From Ignavibacteriota bacterium (GTDB taxonomy: Bacteria; Bacteroidota; Ignavibacteria; Palsa-1295), in contig CAWBEI010000005.1 of assembly GCA_963787835.1 (NCBI GenBank), forward strand, positions 192,001-256,000: a stretch of 64,000 nucleotides of DNA. Direction: 5' to 3'. The stretch's first letter is position 1, and the number at the start of each line of letters is the position of its first letter. Shown here one piece after another: positions 38,011 through 48,171 of this stretch. The notes under the pieces are model-generated. The model did not search any database, was not told where the DNA came from, and saw only the letters and a program-made list of their open reading frames with translations. A program made the position numbers and the translations under genes.

Positions 38011-38138
38011 TGTCATTGCGAGGAGAACGAATCGACCGAAGGGAGATTCGTTTGACGAAGCAATCTCCTTCTCGAAGTGAAGAGATTTCTTCGTCGCATT
38101 CGGCTCCCTTCGGTCGCCGAATGCTCCTCGCAATGACA
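38011..38138. repeat. TGTC/CGTC-type REP dimer (intergenic)
   Basis: TGTCATTGCGAGGAG...GACGAAGCAATCTC / GAGATTTCTTCGTC...CTCCTCGCAATGACA. Confidence 0.9.
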
Positions 38139-38186
38139 TATTTATTAACAAATCAGTGTTAGAAGTTACACTCGAAAATATATTTT

Positions 38187-39128
38187 ATGAAGAAAATTCT
38201 TCTCGTCTCGCTATTCCTGCACTTTTCCCTTGCCGCATTTGCCGGCCCCATTTTTCCGACGCGGGGATTCCTGCTCGATCCAAAATGGACCGGTAAAACC
38301 GATACCACCTCCATCTTCGATCACGCCAGTTATTGGGCGGAAGTTCAGCATGGGTTTAACAGCGATAGCGACCGCTGGGCGTGGTCCGTTTCTATGGGTG
38401 GCATCTGGGAATTTGCGAGATGGAGCGGTGAGAGATCCCTTTTCGCCTTTACTGGTATGGAACTTACTGCTAATAATCATAATGACATCGACTTCAAGCC
38501 ACGGGGTGCGATGTGGGAAGAGGGGTTGGTCTATGCCGTGCATGAAAGCTCGGAATTTGATTGGCAGATCGGCACGATCTACCGATGCCGGCACGACATT
38601 GATAATATCGATCCGCAGGGTTATTCCGACATCAACCAGCAGCGGACACTCATTTATTGCTCGCTTTCCGGCAAAGCCATTTGGAACAGCAATAAGCTGA
38701 TGGGGATGAACATGCCAACGACGGCATGGCTGCATGGCGATGCGTATCTCGTTCGCGAGGATTACCGCATTCCTTCAACCGATTACGGAATGGGAACAAG
38801 TTTTCAGGATCTCGCATGGTCGGTTGGTCCGGCATTTCAATCGAAGCTGGTGCAATGGAATACCAGTTCACTTTATCTGATGGCGAACGTCAATTTCACC
38901 GCGTTCGGCAACGACAGTGGATTTATCAGTCGGTTCGGTGCTGTTTCAAAACTCACGGTCGATACCCACGCCGAAATTGGTTATGAGTTCCACGGTCGCG
39001 AAGGCCGCATGCAGATCTACGCCGGATGGGAAGCGTGGGAAGACGATGGCCAAACACCTATCCCACGCAATACGCAATATGCACTGCTTGGCATTCGAGT
39101 TACAGGTTCGGAGTTAGTATCGTTTTAA
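38187..39128 (+). CDS. Exported, probably outer-membrane beta-barrel protein
   Basis: Signal peptide AFA-G; Trp/Tyr-rich amphipathic strands; terminal Phe. Confidence 0.7.
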   Translation: MKKILLVSLFLHFSLAAFAGPIFPTRGFLLDPKWTGKTDTTSIFDHASYWAEVQHGFNSDSDRWAWSVSMGGIWEFARWSGERSLFAFTGMELTANNHNDIDFKPRGAMWEEGLVYAVHESSEFDWQIGTIYRCRHDIDNIDPQGYSDINQQRTLIYCSLSGKAIWNSNKLMGMNMPTTAWLHGDAYLVREDYRIPSTDYGMGTSFQDLAWSVGPAFQSKLVQWNTSSLYLMANVNFTAFGNDSGFISRFGAVSKLTVDTHAEIGYEFHGREGRMQIYAGWEAWEDDGQTPIPRNTQYALLGIRVTGSELVSF

Positions 39129-39140
39129 GGAATGTCTGAA

Positions 39141-41327
39141 CTATCTCAAATGGGAAATAGGTATTCGCTGAACATTCCCATCCACACTTACCACACACTC
39201 ATACATTCCCGGTGATAAGGCACTTGCGCCCCATACGAAAGAATGTTGACCGGCATCAAGCTCGCCCGAAAATATTCTGGCAACGGTTGTGCCAAGAATA
39301 TTCACTACACTCACTTCCGCAGTGCCGCTCTCTGGAGAAGTGAAGCTAATGGTCGTGGATTGGGAGAATGGGTTGGGATAGCAATTGAAAGTAGTAAGAA
39401 TTGGGATTGATCTATTAACATTGTTTTCACCATTATCGCCGAGAATATCGTGAATATCACATTTCCAAACACCGTCTTCCCATGTGCCTGCGATTACATA
39501 ATTGTTGTATATGCATAGGCTTGTGACGTTTGCGGAATCAACTCCTAATCCTACGCTAACCGAATTCCATGTCAGACCACTGTCCCACGAGACGGAGACA
39601 TTAGAAAACCCAGGCACGCCAATGGAAGCTACTAAAGCGTTGTCATTTGAAGCAATAGCAAAAATAACGGAACTGTCGTTTAGCCCAATGGAGCTCCAAG
39701 TCGATCCGCAATCGGTGGAACGGTAAATCCCATGATTATAGGCATTGGCAAATAATAAACCTCCAGCATGTGATATCCCTTCAAACTCTTTCCCGACAGT
39801 CCCTGTATCCGACACCTCCCATGAAGTTCCATAATCCGTAGATTTTAACAGCCCCATCGGAGTTCCTGATCTGTCATATACTGAGGCAAGAATAGTCTTA
39901 CCTATTACAGCCATATCAAGGACACCGAAAAATGTCACTCCTGAATCCTGTACTATTGACCACGATCTCCCATGGTCAACTGAAAGGTAAATTCCATCAT
40001 CCGTTCCCACGAAAAACGTGGAATCGATATTGGCTAAACAGTATATGTTGGCATCTTCCAGACCGCCGCTGAGTGTGAAGGTTCTTCCATTATCCAGTGA
40101 ATAATAGACTCTGTGCATTCCCAGGTCGAGGCTATCGGATTCATCATAGATTACTACCGTAGAATCGTACGCTACCACCTGTTTCACGAGGTAATCTCCA
40201 AACGAAGACATGCTAGAGCTTTGCCACTGTTCCCCATCGTTGGAGCTATATCGCATTCCTCCTACGATCGCTGAAAAAATGGTGGAATCACTTGCTGCAA
40301 GTGAATATACATCCGTCTTCGAAATTCCAACATTGCTGAAATTCCAAGTTTGTGCGCTATCGTCAGAACGATATATTCCAAAACCGCTCACGTCAGAGGT
40401 TATTGCAACGGTATAAACTTTTGCAATGAATAGTTTGCCTCCAAACCCGAACAAGGAGCTGATACCACCAAGAAACTCCTCATGAGACGCCCAGGTGTCT
40501 CCATCATCGGTAGTAGTATAGATTGTATTGGAATATGTAGAACCGCCATACAGAGTATTGCCTATCGCGGTAAACCCGGCAGAGACATCTATGGCGTTTA
40601 TCAAAGCTATTTTCCAGCTTACACCACGATCAGTTGAACGATAGATATCAATTCCACCTACCACATCTCCAAAAGCAGCTAAGATCACTCCATCATGTTC
40701 GAACGGGATACCGGAGCCAATACCGTATGTTGTATATATTCCGGAATCTGAGAGGTTCCAAGTATTACCATTGTCGGTGGATCGAAACAACCCACCAGAT
40801 GTTGCATAAAATAATACGGAATCACACCATAAAATCCCTCCAGTGTATTCTGTTGAAGGTATTGGTGAAGAAGTCCACGTCACACCTTGATCCGTGGAGC
40901 AATATAAGCATAAAGTATATGCACCTAGTATAGCACCTATTGCATAGATTGTGGAATCGTGTGCATATAAGTTCGCAATTCCACCAAAGTGCCAAGCAGT
41001 GGGAACCCAAGTGGCTCCATGATCCAGGGAATATGAGATATTGCTATCGGATGCTGCAAACAACTCGGTTCCCATGGTTACCAGATATTGTGTCAGAACG
41101 CTAGGCAATCCCTCACTTCTATCTGTCCAGGTAGCGCCCGTGTCACTGGACAAGAATATTCCCTCTTCTGTTGCTACGAACAGGGTTGAGTCTAAAGAAG
41201 CGAAAGCATTGACATCTGATCCAAACGGTCCATTCGTTTGCGCCCACTGGGCGTTTGCGTTCGGGATGGCTGAAAAGGTAAGCGCAATCACCAGTGCAAC
41301 GAGAGCGAGATTCTGTTTCATATTCAT
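39141..41327 (-). CDS. BNR/Asp-box repeat beta-propeller protein with a T9SS type A sorting domain
   Basis: Many S-x-D-x-G-x-T/S-W repeats; C-terminal CYPNPFS...VNILG...LSPGMY. Confidence 0.88.
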   Translation of the reverse strand: MNMKQNLALVALVIALTFSAIPNANAQWAQTNGPFGSDVNAFASLDSTLFVATEEGIFLSSDTGATWTDRSEGLPSVLTQYLVTMGTELFAASDSNISYSLDHGATWVPTAWHFGGIANLYAHDSTIYAIGAILGAYTLCLYCSTDQGVTWTSSPIPSTEYTGGILWCDSVLFYATSGGLFRSTDNGNTWNLSDSGIYTTYGIGSGIPFEHDGVILAAFGDVVGGIDIYRSTDRGVSWKIALINAIDVSAGFTAIGNTLYGGSTYSNTIYTTTDDGDTWASHEEFLGGISSLFGFGGKLFIAKVYTVAITSDVSGFGIYRSDDSAQTWNFSNVGISKTDVYSLAASDSTIFSAIVGGMRYSSNDGEQWQSSSMSSFGDYLVKQVVAYDSTVVIYDESDSLDLGMHRVYYSLDNGRTFTLSGGLEDANIYCLANIDSTFFVGTDDGIYLSVDHGRSWSIVQDSGVTFFGVLDMAVIGKTILASVYDRSGTPMGLLKSTDYGTSWEVSDTGTVGKEFEGISHAGGLLFANAYNHGIYRSTDCGSTWSSIGLNDSSVIFAIASNDNALVASIGVPGFSNVSVSWDSGLTWNSVSVGLGVDSANVTSLCIYNNYVIAGTWEDGVWKCDIHDILGDNGENNVNRSIPILTTFNCYPNPFSQSTTISFTSPESGTAEVSVVNILGTTVARIFSGELDAGQHSFVWGASALSPGMYECVVSVDGNVQRIPISHLR

Positions 41328-41368
41328 AGTAACACTTCAATTTGCATTCAGTAGCGGAACATTACTTA

Positions 41369-43015
41369 TTATCTCCCGATCACCTGAAATGGTGCGGCTA
41401 CCGAAAACCCCGCCCCGGAGATGGTAACAAAATAGCATCCAGGCATCCAGCCGGAGAGATCGAGTTGGGCTTGGTGATCGCCGGCAATGGTAACGTTCTG
41501 TTCCATCTGTGCCACGGTAACTCCGAGCACATTGCGAACCTCGATCTTCATTGTTCCAGGAGCGATCGGGGCGTTGTATTCGACGGTAAGAGAAGTTGAT
41601 GGCGGCTGGGGATAGAGGGAGATTCCATTGGATAGTGGGAAGGGGTTATCGGTGACCGACGCATTGTTGCTAAGGGTGGCCACCAGCATATCTTCGTTCC
41701 CATGGTAGTTCGGAATATCGCCATCGGCAGATTCGGTTTCGCCGATGAAGGCAAAATCGCCATTCGTCAATGGAATAATATTGAAGGCGGCATCCAGTCC
41801 GGAACCGCCGACGCACTTCTGCCACTCGATGTTCCCGGCGGGACCGAGCTTGACGATCCATGCGTCGCCCGCGCCATGATTGCCGGTAACATCGCCATCG
41901 GTGGACATTGCCATACAACCCACGATATATCCGCCGTCGGACGTTTGCGTCACCGACCACCCTTTATCTAGCGCAGAACCTCCAAGACACTGTTGCCATT
42001 GAAGATCCCCAATGGAACTTAGCTTTACGACCCAGGCATCGGCGCTGCCATGATTCCCAGACACGTCGCCATCGTTGGAATACGTTCCGCCCGCGATGAT
42101 GAAGCCGCTATCGGATGTCAGGGCAATGGAGCTGGCCCAGTCGGTACTATCGCCGCCAAGACACTTGCCCCACAGGAAATTGCCGAGGGAATCGATCTTG
42201 ACGATCCACGCATCTTGAATTCCGCCATGGTAACCATAGACCTCACCGCCATTCATGGAGGTGAAGCCGGCAAAGCAATACCCGTGATCGGGCGTTTGCA
42301 CAATAGATACGGCCCAGTCAGTTCCCACATTGCCATAGCACTTCGACCACTGCACCTTGCCCGAACCGTCGAGCTTTGTGATCCAGGCATCGTCGTTCTG
42401 AACAGTATCGCCGCCGAAATGACCGGTGACGCACCCATCGTTCGAGGCCGTATAACCAGCTACGGCATACCCGCCATCATCGGTTTGGATGATCGAATAG
42501 ATATCATCCCAATTGGTGCCGCCAATAACCGTGCCCCACTCTATTTGATGGCCGGGTGAGAGTTTGACAACCCATCCATCGCTGCCTCCGCCGTAGTCAC
42601 TATCAATTTCAACGACATCGCCATCTTGAGATTCCGTTCGAACGGCAACGCAATATCCACCATCCTTCGTTTGGACGATCGAGTTCGCCTCTTCCTGTAG
42701 GGTTCCACCGAGGCATTTTTCCCAGAGGAGATTCCCCGAATTATTAAGCTTCAGAATCCAGGCATCTTCGAAGCCGCCGTGGTAATCGGGAAGGCCGGGC
42801 TCCACGGTATCACCCGTATATCCGGCCACAACAAAGCCGCTATCGCCCGTTTGAACAATGTGATAGCCTTCGTCAGGCCGAAGTCCGCCATACGTTTGAA
42901 CCCATCCGATATGCGGAGCAGTTTGGGCGTGTGAAACGCTCGGAACGATTGCCAGAAAAAAGTATATCGTTCCTAAAAGGACGAATCCGCGTTGTCGGTC
43001 TAGAAATATAAACAT
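41369..43015 (-). CDS. Repeat beta-propeller protein with a T9SS type A sorting domain
   Basis: Repeats of DAWIVKL..GN..W.KCLGG..D.A.SI.QT.DGG; C-terminal LYPQP...NVLG...PGCYFV. Confidence 0.88.
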   Translation of the reverse strand: MFIFLDRQRGFVLLGTIYFFLAIVPSVSHAQTAPHIGWVQTYGGLRPDEGYHIVQTGDSGFVVAGYTGDTVEPGLPDYHGGFEDAWILKLNNSGNLLWEKCLGGTLQEEANSIVQTKDGGYCVAVRTESQDGDVVEIDSDYGGGSDGWVVKLSPGHQIEWGTVIGGTNWDDIYSIIQTDDGGYAVAGYTASNDGCVTGHFGGDTVQNDDAWITKLDGSGKVQWSKCYGNVGTDWAVSIVQTPDHGYCFAGFTSMNGGEVYGYHGGIQDAWIVKIDSLGNFLWGKCLGGDSTDWASSIALTSDSGFIIAGGTYSNDGDVSGNHGSADAWVVKLSSIGDLQWQQCLGGSALDKGWSVTQTSDGGYIVGCMAMSTDGDVTGNHGAGDAWIVKLGPAGNIEWQKCVGGSGLDAAFNIIPLTNGDFAFIGETESADGDIPNYHGNEDMLVATLSNNASVTDNPFPLSNGISLYPQPPSTSLTVEYNAPIAPGTMKIEVRNVLGVTVAQMEQNVTIAGDHQAQLDLSGWMPGCYFVTISGAGFSVAAPFQVIGR

Positions 43016-43080
43016 CGGAACAGCTTGACTGACGGAATACGAGTGCAGAACCGAAAGAAGCCCCGAAATAATTCTACTCG

Positions 43081-43758
43081 CTATCTCGCTCCGAGTTTCT
43101 TCAAGGTAGTAATGTAATGGCTGTGGGGATACTCGTTTCGAAGTCGTTCATAATAAAGGTTTGCGTCTTGCTTATTCCCGAGATGCAAGGCTGCTCGTGA
43201 AAGTTTGAAATACGCCATTTCTCGTTTATGCTGAGGCCCAACGCGAGTCACATATTCAAAATACGGCATGGACTCTGCATACCGATCCTGTGCATAGAAG
43301 GATTCACCCATCCAATAATAGGCGTTCGGAACTAACTCCGGAGGACGGCCCTTCGTAACGATTTGTGAGAACAGGGCGATGGCTTCATCGTAACGTCTGC
43401 CATTATAGGAGCCAAGCGCAGCCTCGTAGAGGCCATACTCGGTCAAATTCGGTTGTGGCACATAGGGCGCACCCCACGGAGTTCGCTGCTGGGAGAAATT
43501 AGGTTGACCGGATTGGTCACCAGAAGGCGCCGCTTCACGGTCTTCAGCCGAAAGCTGATTTACGCGGGCAAGCGCGCTATCGGCATTTGTGAGAACAGCC
43601 TGCGCGCTGGGCGTTGTAGAATTTGCCTCAGTTGCCGGAGCGGCTGGTTTGTTGCGCGCCGCACTTGATTTATTCGATCTCGAAGATCGGCATGAGATAA
43701 GCGTCGAGCCAACTGCGAGAAAACCTACGAGTACTAAGCTTGTTTTAATGGATGACAT
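43081..43758 (-). CDS. TPR lipoprotein, CpoB/YbgF-like
   Basis: Lipobox LISC; PNAYYWMGESFY, EYPHS TPR motifs. Confidence 0.75.
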   Translation of the reverse strand: MSSIKTSLVLVGFLAVGSTLISCRSSRSNKSSAARNKPAAPATEANSTTPSAQAVLTNADSALARVNQLSAEDREAAPSGDQSGQPNFSQQRTPWGAPYVPQPNLTEYGLYEAALGSYNGRRYDEAIALFSQIVTKGRPPELVPNAYYWMGESFYAQDRYAESMPYFEYVTRVGPQHKREMAYFKLSRAALHLGNKQDANLYYERLRNEYPHSHYITTLKKLGAR

Positions 43759-43773
43759 TAGCGCCTCTGGGTC

Positions 43774-44625
43774 TTAATAAAGATTGAATTTGAAGCCAAG
43801 GGACAGTGCTACGTTCGAAGCAGAACGTGATTCGTCTTTCGGATAAAGCAGCGTAGGATCGGTGAGGGGTCCATTGGTTGCCGGTTGCCCTCCGCCACTG
43901 ATGTTATAAGTATAAATATTACATGTCATTTCCGTAAGACGAACTTCAGCAAAAATGTCGAACATGCTATTGCCGGCATCGGGGTCGTACATCATAGGCA
44001 GTTCGAATCCGATCGCTCCATATAATCCAAAGGGAATGGGAGGTGCCATCTTCCGAGTGAAGCTTCCGGAAGGATCGTTCGAGTAACTCACATCTTCTTC
44101 GTAGTCTCCGACAAGCCATACGCCTCCGCCAGCGCCAATATAGACAGAAGGCAATCCGCCGCCGAAATTGGAACGGACATTCAATCCGAGTGTAACGGGA
44201 ATAAAGGAAGTGGTTCGGGTGGTCGTTTGAATAGTGCCATTGGCAAGGGCATCGTTCGTGGTCCCGCCAGTTGACAGATCGTACCCAGAAGCAGCTTCGA
44301 GTTCCAAGCCAACAACAGGAACAGTTCCGCTGTTACTTCCGAGCGAATCGACGACATCGATAGGCAGAATTGGAAGATCCAGCGCCAAATTCAACTTCGC
44401 GCCCTGGCCGGTGCTCCACCACACTTGAGAGTTACCATCGAAGCCATAGAGTTGGTTTGCGCGTCCCAAGCCATATCCCGCGCTTGCTTTTACACTAAAT
44501 AGCGTGGGAAGCTCTCCGGTAGGTTGGTCGGCATCCTGTGCATGGAGCACGGGTGCAACGACTACGACGCTCAGGCCGAAAATATAACGGGCAATTCGTT
44601 TCATGGGTCGAATGGATCTCATCAT
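43774..44625 (-). CDS. Outer-membrane beta-barrel protein
   Basis: Signal peptide; VYIGAGGG strand; C-terminal beta-signal SLGFKFNLY. Confidence 0.75.
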   Translation of the reverse strand: MMRSIRPMKRIARYIFGLSVVVVAPVLHAQDADQPTGELPTLFSVKASAGYGLGRANQLYGFDGNSQVWWSTGQGAKLNLALDLPILPIDVVDSLGSNSGTVPVVGLELEAASGYDLSTGGTTNDALANGTIQTTTRTTSFIPVTLGLNVRSNFGGGLPSVYIGAGGGVWLVGDYEEDVSYSNDPSGSFTRKMAPPIPFGLYGAIGFELPMMYDPDAGNSMFDIFAEVRLTEMTCNIYTYNISGGGQPATNGPLTDPTLLYPKDESRSASNVALSLGFKFNLY

Positions 44626-44635
44626 AAAAAAATAG

Positions 44636-45523
44636 TTAATGACTTAGGGCTTTCAACCGTGCAAGTGCGCGTGATCGGAACTCCGAGCTCGGATAATCAG
44701 CAATAACACGCTCATAGGCTGCTCGCGCACTTTGAGTATCTTTTAGCCGCTCGTAACACTCTCCGGTCTTGAAAAGCGATGCCGCTACTTTCGTGGAATT
44801 CGGATATTGTTCCAACACAGTTCCGAACGTTTCCAGCGCTTTGTTATACCGCTTCTCGCCGTAATAACATTCCGCTTCCCAATACCGGTAATTGCTCGCA
44901 TATACCCCATTGGGATCGTCTCGTTCGAGCGCTTTAAATTGGTCGAGCGCCGCATCGAAATTATTGTCGTTAAAGAGACCCAGCGCGGCGGTGTACTTCT
45001 GTTGAAACGATGGTTGAGCATCATCGCTGGGCTGGGTGCTTGGGACTGGCACCGGTGTATTATCCGGAGGCGTTGCCGGAGGGTTTGCGGGAGTTGTTGG
45101 TGGTGGGCTATACGAAGGAGGGGTGTAAGAAGGCGCAGTATAAGATGGTGCGTTATATGGAGCAGGTGTACTCGGCGGCGGAGCGGTCATGTAAGAACCA
45201 TTCGAGCGGCTTCCATTATTGGGAGGCATAGCCGGTTGGCTATTATAGGATTGCCCTTGCAACGCCTGCACCTCCTGTTCAAGTGCGCGAATGCGTGCAT
45301 GATCCGCATCCACCAAACTTGCCAACGAGTCGATCACTTCTGTCAGTTTTGCCTCGATCAAAAGCAATGAATCCATCTGTCGCGAGGTAGCTGGAGAGGC
45401 ATTGGCAGCGCTATGCGTAGCGTTTGAACGCCGCGCCTGTTGTGCCGTTCGGCAGGAGGCAATGGCGAACAGACCCAAAGAAAAAAGTATGGCAAATACA
45501 GGGATTCGGCGTAATGTGGTCAT
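44636..45523 (-). CDS. CpoB/YbgF-like TPR lipoprotein with a coiled coil and Pro-rich linker
   Basis: Lipobox IASC; coiled coil; PxY repeats; ASNYRYWEAECYY, YPNSTK, YPSSE. Confidence 0.8.
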   Translation of the reverse strand: MTTLRRIPVFAILFSLGLFAIASCRTAQQARRSNATHSAANASPATSRQMDSLLLIEAKLTEVIDSLASLVDADHARIRALEQEVQALQGQSYNSQPAMPPNNGSRSNGSYMTAPPPSTPAPYNAPSYTAPSYTPPSYSPPPTTPANPPATPPDNTPVPVPSTQPSDDAQPSFQQKYTAALGLFNDNNFDAALDQFKALERDDPNGVYASNYRYWEAECYYGEKRYNKALETFGTVLEQYPNSTKVAASLFKTGECYERLKDTQSARAAYERVIADYPSSEFRSRALARLKALSH

Positions 45524-45665
45524 TTAATAATTCCTATAACCTCACAAATATACAAATTATTGGTAGAAATTCCAAAAAAACGTATTCTTTTCTTTAAGGC
45601 AACACATCAGAATTAGTTGAGATGGAAGCGCAGAATTCTTCGTTTGTGTCATCCGATTCAATCGT

Positions 45666-46850
45666 ATGAAGAAGATCACTCCCCCAACACACATCGAAGC
45701 GCTCCATGCATACAAACCAGGCAAACCCATTGCCGAGGTCATGGCAGAATATGGTTTGACCGATGTGATCAAACTTGCATCGAACGAGAATCCGATCGGC
45801 CCATCGCCAAAAGCTGTCGAGGCAGCACGCCATGCGCTCGAAGATATGCACCATTATCCGAATGGCGGCCGATCGCTCAGGGAAGCAATTGCGCGTAAAT
45901 ATCACCTTTCTGTCGATGAAGTGATTGCGGGATCGGGAAGTGAGGGGGTCATGAATACTCTCATGCGTACCTTTCTTGAAAAAGGCGATGAAGTGTTGAC
46001 CAGTGAAGGTACCTTCTCGGGATTTTATGTCCTCGCTAACGCGATGGGCCTTCGTACGGTGATGGCTCCGCTCAGGAATTATGCTTATGATCTGGAAGCG
46101 ATGGCGCGCTGCATTAGCGAGAACACGAAACTTATTTATCTCGCAAACCCGAACAATCCGACGGGCAGTGTTTTTGGCAGAACGGAATTTGAAGCGTTCT
46201 ACCGGCAAGTTCCATCGGACGTCATCGTCTTATTAGATGAAGCTTATTATGACTTTGCCATTTTAGATGTGCCGGATTATTTTAGTTTGCTCGCCGATAT
46301 TCGCCCCAATGTGTTTACCCTTCGGACCTTTTCAAAATCCCATGGGCTGGCAGGCATTCGTATCGGATTTGGTACCGGATCCGAAGAGATGATCGCACCC
46401 ATGTTGAAGGTGAAGCTGCCGTTCGAGCCAAGCACTGCCGCGCAAGCTGCCGGTATCGCGGCATTAGATGACGATGAATTCCTTCATCGCACTATTGAAA
46501 CGAACCAAATTGGCAAACAGTATTTTCAGGAAGCGTTCGAGAAGCTTGGAGTGGAATATGTCGATACGGCCGCGAATTTCTTTTTACTTCCTATCGGCAC
46601 TGCGGCTCAATCGCATCTTTTTGTGATCGAGATGGAACGTCGAGGCATTATTGTTCGCCCGCTCGATGGTTCTGGTATGCATACCGGTGTCCGAATTTCC
46701 ATTGGGACGATGGAAGAGAACGAACGTGCTATTGAGGCAATGAAGAAAATACTTCCAGCGCTTGGTATTTCAACGAATGGGGCTTTGCATTCCTCCGTTG
46801 AAGGTGCTTCATTTCCGGTGATGGTTGGCGAGGGATCAAACCGTGCCTGA
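45666..46850 (+). CDS. hisC: Histidinol-phosphate aminotransferase
   Basis: YKPGKP, KLASNENP, ANPNNPTG, LDEAY, RTFSKSHGLAGIRIG. Confidence 0.93.
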   Translation: MKKITPPTHIEALHAYKPGKPIAEVMAEYGLTDVIKLASNENPIGPSPKAVEAARHALEDMHHYPNGGRSLREAIARKYHLSVDEVIAGSGSEGVMNTLMRTFLEKGDEVLTSEGTFSGFYVLANAMGLRTVMAPLRNYAYDLEAMARCISENTKLIYLANPNNPTGSVFGRTEFEAFYRQVPSDVIVLLDEAYYDFAILDVPDYFSLLADIRPNVFTLRTFSKSHGLAGIRIGFGTGSEEMIAPMLKVKLPFEPSTAAQAAGIAALDDDEFLHRTIETNQIGKQYFQEAFEKLGVEYVDTAANFFLLPIGTAAQSHLFVIEMERRGIIVRPLDGSGMHTGVRISIGTMEENERAIEAMKKILPALGISTNGALHSSVEGASFPVMVGEGSNRA

Positions 46851-47748
46851 CGAATCTACCGATTATCTCCGCCCGGAGATCGCATCCGGTCTCGGCTCGA
46901 TGGAACTTGTTGCCAAATTCGTGGTGGAGGGATTCATCACCGGTCTGCACAAATCGCCGTATCATGGTTTTTCGGTGGAGTTTGCCGAGCACCGTCCGTA
47001 TTTACCCGGTGATGCCATTCGCAACATTGATTGGAAGCTGTTCGCGCGCACAGACCGCCATTACATCAAGCAATACGAGGAGGAGACCAATCTCAAGGCG
47101 CATATTATCATTGACGCCTCGCGCTCGATGAATTACACGAGCGACCCCAAGCGCATCACGAAATACAAATATGCAACCATGCTCGCTGCGGCACTCGCGT
47201 ATATGCTGATGCGTCAGCAGGATGCGGTTGGTCTTGCTATTTTCGATGAAGAACTTCGTACCTTCATGCCCGCGCGTCTAAAGCAAAGTTATTTGCGCGA
47301 AATGCTGCGGGTGCTGCAAACGACTGAACCATCGCACGCCACGCGAACGGAAACCGCGCTTCGCCGCGTAGCCGAACGCCTAACGCGTCGCGGACTTGTT
47401 ATCGTTATCAGTGATTTCTTAGACGAGCCAGACCAAATAAAGCTCCCGCTTTCGCTCATGCAACATGCGGGGCACGAAGTCATTGCATTCCAAGTACTCG
47501 ATCCCGCCGAGCGGACGCTCGAACTTGACAGCGCCGATGCAACCATTGTTGATATCGAAACCGGCGAGCAAATTCGCACGCAGCCATATCAGATGCAGGC
47601 GAGCTATCAGAAGGCAGTAGAGACATTTCTCGGAACCTTGAAAGATTCACTCATTGCAGAGGGCATTGATTACCTGCTTCTCGAAACGACCACACCCTTC
47701 GACCGAGCACTGCTCGAATATCTGCACAAGCGGCAGTTGATGGGATGA
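46843..47748 (+). CDS. DUF58 (MoxR-associated, vWA-like) protein
   Basis: GLHKSPYHGFSVEFAEHRPY.PGD, IDWKLFAR, YIKQYEEETN, DASRSM, VISDF; GTG start 46843. Confidence 0.92.
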   Translation: MPDESTDYLRPEIASGLGSMELVAKFVVEGFITGLHKSPYHGFSVEFAEHRPYLPGDAIRNIDWKLFARTDRHYIKQYEEETNLKAHIIIDASRSMNYTSDPKRITKYKYATMLAAALAYMLMRQQDAVGLAIFDEELRTFMPARLKQSYLREMLRVLQTTEPSHATRTETALRRVAERLTRRGLVIVISDFLDEPDQIKLPLSLMQHAGHEVIAFQVLDPAERTLELDSADATIVDIETGEQIRTQPYQMQASYQKAVETFLGTLKDSLIAEGIDYLLLETTTPFDRALLEYLHKRQLMG

Positions 47749-47755
47749 ATCAGAA

Positions 47756-47808
47756 CCAGGATTACGCGGATTTTAGCGGATTACGCGGATGGATTTTGGC
47801 GGATTGGG
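47756..47808 (+). repeat. Short tandem ~9-mer repeats (GGATTACGC/GGATTTTAG)
   Basis: GGATTACGCGGATTTTAGCGGATTACGCGGATGGATTTTGGCGGATT; an analogous AATCCCATT/AATCCCATA run lies at ~14483-14509. Confidence 0.65.
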
Positions 47809-48171
47809 TCAGAGTTTCATGAGTCCCGTCACAATGGTTAGTGCTGAATCAACTTTGGCCATCGTAGATTCGGTGAGTGAACCATAGTGCCTGAGGATTC
47901 GGCTCTTATCTACAGAACGAATTTGCAAGAGCATGATTCTGGAATCTTTCGTGAGACCGCCTTCGGGCGCTTTGATTTGCACCTCGATCGGAAGGTCAAA
48001 ATCGAGCGGCGTGCTTGTGATTGCCGCTATCATCACCGTATTATAGTTACTATTGATGATCTCTGGCGAGAGGACGAGCGCGGGACGAACTCCGGCTTGT
48101 TCGTGCCCTTTTACTGGGTCGAGGACTACGCGAACGATGTCGCCGCGGCGCAGGCTGGTTGGATTTTTCAT
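47809..48171 (-). CDS. Type II toxin, PemK/MazF family endoribonuclease
   Basis: RRGDIVRV.LDPVKGHEQAGVRPALVLS, AITS, QIRSVDKSRI. Confidence 0.93.
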   Translation of the reverse strand: MKNPTSLRRGDIVRVVLDPVKGHEQAGVRPALVLSPEIINSNYNTVMIAAITSTPLDFDLPIEVQIKAPEGGLTKDSRIMLLQIRSVDKSRILRHYGSLTESTMAKVDSALTIVTGLMKL

